NCBI RefSeq assembly: GCF_000196355.1
Contig: NC_007614.1
Coordinates: 1,710,001-1,742,000 of the forward strand
Direction: 5' to 3'
DNA from: Nitrosospira multiformis ATCC 25196
GTDB lineage: Bacteria; Pseudomonadota; Gammaproteobacteria; Burkholderiales; Nitrosomonadaceae
DNA length: 32,000 nt
Shown: one piece after another, positions 29,092 through 32,000 of the stretch
Layout: the number at the start of each line of letters is the position of its first letter
Position numbering within the stretch: the first letter of the stretch is position 1
The notes under the pieces: generated by a model
What the model saw: only the letters and a program-made list of their open reading frames with translations
Told to the model about the DNA's origin: nothing
Database searches by the model: none
Translations under genes and position numbers: made by a program

Positions 29092-29313
29092 CAAGAATAT
29101 GATGCGGTAATCCGATATCCGAGTGGATCCTGCCGGCGTCAGCCGGCTGCGTTACGGCTGGTAGGGTGCCTTCTGAATCGGCACATCCACCTTGCTGGCG
29201 ATCCTGCTTCAGGTAGCTATTAAACAAACCGGCAAGGAGTAGTTACATTCTCCCGCGGGATTGGCTATGCTTGAGATCTCAATCCCATAACAGCTTTTTC
29301 CGCTGTAATTGCA

Positions 29314-30297
29314 ATGGAATTCAAGGATTACTACAAAATCATGGGGGTTCCCCGCGACGCCTCACAGGATGACATCAAGCGCGCCTACCGGAAACTGGCG
29401 CGCAAATATCATCCCGACGTCAGCAAGGATCCGCAAGCGGAAGCCCGCTTCAAGGAGTTGGGTGAGGCCTATGAAGTCCTCAAAGATCCGGAGAAGCGCG
29501 TAGCATATGACCGCCTTGGCACAAACTGGAAAGCCGATCAGGAATTTCGTCCTCCCCCGGATTGGAATGCCGGCTTCGAGTTTTCACAACAGGGATTTAC
29601 AGGAGCAGATGCCGCCCAGTTCAGCGAATTTTTCGAATCCCTGTTTGGGCGCAGTTTTCGTGCCGAGCAAGCGAGACGCGGAGGAGAGACTCATGGGGGT
29701 CCCGGTGGAGCTTTCTTTCATGCACCTGGCGAGGATCGGTATGCCAAAATAATGATCGATCTGGAAGATTCATATCACGGCGCTACCCGCACCATCTCGC
29801 TGCAAGTACCAGAGGTCGATGCAGAAGGACATGTATCGACGCGCGAACATAAGTTGAACGTGGTTATCCCCCGTGGTATCCGGCCCAGGCAATACATTCG
29901 TCTTGCTGGCAAGGGTGCGCCGGGCCATGGTCAGGGAAAGGCGGGCGATCTGTATCTGGAAATCGAGTTTCGCTCTCATCCCATCTATCGAGTAGACGAG
30001 CACGACGTCTATCTTGACCTCCCGGTAGCCCCCTGGGAGGCGGCGTTAGGCGCAACGATAACTGTTCCCACTCCGGAAGGAATGGTTGACCTGAAAATAC
30101 CTGCTGATTCCACTACCGGACGGAAGCTGCGACTCAAAGGACGCGGTATTCCCGGCAAAATACCGGGTGACTTCTATGTTGTATTGCGCATTGTGCCACC
30201 GCCTGCCACCGATGAAAGTGATAAGGCCTTTTATCGCAGCATGGCGGAGCAATTCAAATCGTTCAACCCGCGGGCCAAACTGGGAGTGCAGGCATGA
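29314..30297 (+). CDS. cbpA: DnaJ-family curved-DNA-binding co-chaperone CbpA
   Basis: J domain [55 protein letters not shown]; DnaJ C-terminal domain without the cysteine zinc-finger repeats. Confidence 0.93.
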   Translation: MEFKDYYKIMGVPRDASQDDIKRAYRKLARKYHPDVSKDPQAEARFKELGEAYEVLKDPEKRVAYDRLGTNWKADQEFRPPPDWNAGFEFSQQGFTGADAAQFSEFFESLFGRSFRAEQARRGGETHGGPGGAFFHAPGEDRYAKIMIDLEDSYHGATRTISLQVPEVDAEGHVSTREHKLNVVIPRGIRPRQYIRLAGKGAPGHGQGKAGDLYLEIEFRSHPIYRVDEHDVYLDLPVAPWEAALGATITVPTPEGMVDLKIPADSTTGRKLRLKGRGIPGKIPGDFYVVLRIVPPPATDESDKAFYRSMAEQFKSFNPRAKLGVQA

Positions 30298-30650
30298 GTG
30301 ACGAAAACGAATATCAAAAGGAAGCATCTTCGTTACAGCCAGGGCAGACAGTAACCATTATTGATGAACAGAACGCGTTGACACTGACAGAGATCAGCCA
30401 CGCGTGTTCAGTACAAACGGGATATATCATCGAACTGGTGGATGAAGGGTTAATTACCCCGGAAATTGCGACAGAAGAACATGAACCCCATCGCTGGCGC
30501 TTCTCAGGCGCGCAAATGCGGCGTGCCAGAACGGCCCTTCGACTGCAAAGCGATCTTGGTATCAACCTTGCGGGAGTTGCGCTTGCCCTGCAGTTACTGG
30601 ATGAAATTGAGACCTTGCAAATGCGATTGAATGTACTGAATAACTGGTAG
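30294..30650 (+). CDS. cbpM: CbpM-like chaperone modulator (MerR-type HTH)
   Basis: 4-nt ATGA overlap with cbp[30 protein letters not shown] and [37 protein letters not shown]. Confidence 0.88.
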   Translation: MSDENEYQKEASSLQPGQTVTIIDEQNALTLTEISHACSVQTGYIIELVDEGLITPEIATEEHEPHRWRFSGAQMRRARTALRLQSDLGINLAGVALALQLLDEIETLQMRLNVLNNW

Positions 30651-30956
30651 CTGTTACCTGCTTGCATCATTCTACCCCTCGAATCACGCGATGGGAGCTT
30701 CCACTCCGATCTCCCGAAGCCCTGTTTTTACGCCCTCACCCCTAGCCCGCTCTCCTCATCCCGGTTCGTCCCCAGCGCTTCGCTCCCCCTGCACACAGCG
30801 AGAGCGCTTCATCCCTCCATTATCGAGGCCTTGCCCTTTATGTACGAAAACGAACGGAACACGAAGCGGTAGCTCAGGCATTATCGCCCCTAGTAATAAG
30901 CTCGGCCTTCCAGAACCGCCTCATCGCCCTCCTCATCTGCGGTTCAGGCGTGCCCA

Positions 30957-31427
30957 ATGAACGAGCTTAACAAGATGCTCCAGCAGACCGCGAGGCCGGA
31001 TGTCGAGTTATTTTTAAGGGCAAAGCAGCTTCTCAGGCATAGGGATAACTTTAAAATGGAAAAAGAACCGCTGATCAAATTACCCTGGCGCGGGAGGGAA
31101 ACGATTGAATCAATACCCCCGCTACTGGAAGGGGCGCAGCGAATAGAAATAACCCTCCCCTCCAACTATAACCACGCCCTGTTTGAAACGCTCCATCCCG
31201 GAGAACCCCCGGCTCAACTTGAAGAGATTGACGCAGCAGGTGGACCGGAATTGCTTGGCCGTATTGCAGCCGTCAGCGGTCTGGAAGAATTCAGTCGACT
31301 CACAGAACCTCTAACCGCTGCTCGTGCGAGAGTGCAAGTTTTAAGCCCTGCAAAAGTCTTTATCATACTTCCCGGTGCAAACCTTAAAAGCAATGAACGG
31401 ATCATCCATCCTGAAGCCGGGGAATAA
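30957..31427 (+). CDS. Hypothetical protein
   Basis: 156 aa ORF. It sits in a plausible operon position and overlaps the next ORF start by about 35 nt. No recognised motif. Confidence 0.45.
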   Translation: MNELNKMLQQTARPDVELFLRAKQLLRHRDNFKMEKEPLIKLPWRGRETIESIPPLLEGAQRIEITLPSNYNHALFETLHPGEPPAQLEEIDAAGGPELLGRIAAVSGLEEFSRLTEPLTAARARVQVLSPAKVFIILPGANLKSNERIIHPEAGE

Positions 31428-32000
31428 TTGCTGGCGCATCGAGCACGCGCACAAGGCTGCCTTTATCGTTGATGGAGCAGATTTTTTTCGTGCTTTCCGG
31501 GAAACGGTAAAACGCGCCCGCCGTTCCGTATTGATCATGGCCTGGGATATCGACAGCAGGCTGAAACTGGTACGGAATGAAGAACCCGATGGCTGGCCGA
31601 CCACCCTCGGGGATTTCCTCAACAGCCTCGTCAAACGTAACAGAAATCTCCATGTTCATGTCCTCGACTGGGATTTCGTCATGCTGTTTGCAGCTGACCG
31701 AGAATGGCTTCCTCTCTATAAACAACGATGGAATGGCCACCGACGCTTGCATTTTCATCTTGATGATCATCATCCCACCGGAGCCTCCCATCACCAGAAA
31801 GTCGTGGTAGTTGACGACCAGGTGGCATTTGTGGGAGGGCTGGACCTGACGCTGGGTCGCTGGGACACGACCGAGCACGCGGCGTGTGACGAGCGGCGCA
31901 GGGATTTGCTGACAGAACCCATACCGCAGCCTTACCACGATATCCAGATGATGGTTTCCGGCCCGATCGCCAGCGCACTGGGAGAATTGGCGCGTGAACG
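31393..32000 (+). CDS. Phospholipase D family protein, 3' end truncated by window edge (not in supplied ORF track)
   Basis: Manual translation from ATG 31393: MNGSSILKPGNNCWRIEHAHKAAFIVDGADFFRAFRETVKRARRSVLIMAWDIDSRL...HHQKVVVVDDQVAFVGGLDLTLGRWDT. The last part is an HxKxxxxD HKD-type motif. Open to the window end. Confidence 0.88.
   Translation, partial: MNGSSILKPGNNCWRIEHAHKAAFIVDGADFFRAFRETVKRARRSVLIMAWDIDSRLKLVRNEEPDGWPTTLGDFLNSLVKRNRNLHVHVLDWDFVMLFAADREWLPLYKQRWNGHRRLHFHLDDHHPTGASHHQKVVVVDDQVAFVGGLDLTLGRWDTTEHAACDERRRDLLTEPIPQPYHDIQMMVSGPIASALGELARE

Noticed and set aside
29131-29165. GCCGGCGTCAGCCGGC dyad after the HdeD gene as a terminator
   Set aside because: A short stem is possible, but no T-tract follows, so a rho-independent terminator cannot be supported.
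31402-31938. 178-aa ORF on - strand
   Set aside because: Antisense to the PLD-family reading frame found by manual translation.
1-32000. CRISPR arrays, tRNA/rRNA genes, transposases, phage genes, toxin-antitoxin or defence modules
   Set aside because: Reading both strands showed no regularly spaced repeats, no cloverleaf or rRNA-like stretch, and no ORF with recognisable hallmarks of these classes.

Overview
This 32 kb window is gene-dense bacterial chromosome. Its protein content looks betaproteobacterial, possibly Nitrosospira-like; that is an impression only and no search was run. I can support about 25 protein-coding genes. They include: an alpha/beta hydrolase cut by the left edge; a fatty-acid desaturase divergent from a MarR/winged-helix-like regulator; an O-acetylhomoserine sulfhydrylase; a FAD oxidoreductase-Rieske fusion; a lipoprotein; a GGDEF diguanylate cyclase; a four-gene tripartite exporter (FtsX/DevC-like permease, ATPase, HlyD-like MFP, NodT-like OMF); a pyruvate kinase interrupted by an apparent 1-nt frameshift; MgtC/SapB; an AI-2E family permease; SelO/YdiU; EgtB-like; a PRC-barrel protein; a large MscS channel; a KatE-type catalase; a TrxR-like flavoprotein; HdeD; CbpA-CbpM; and a phospholipase-D-like protein cut by the right edge and absent from the supplied ORF track. 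I found no transposase, CRISPR array, rRNA or tRNA that I can support. The observations most worth following up are the split pyruvate kinase with a G/C homopolymer at the break, a possible globin-coupled-sensor-like N-terminus on the GGDEF protein, a cluster of ACATGT palindromes between the desaturase and its putative regulator, and the concentration of stress-related genes in the right half. Nothing in the window clearly demonstrates a wholly new system.
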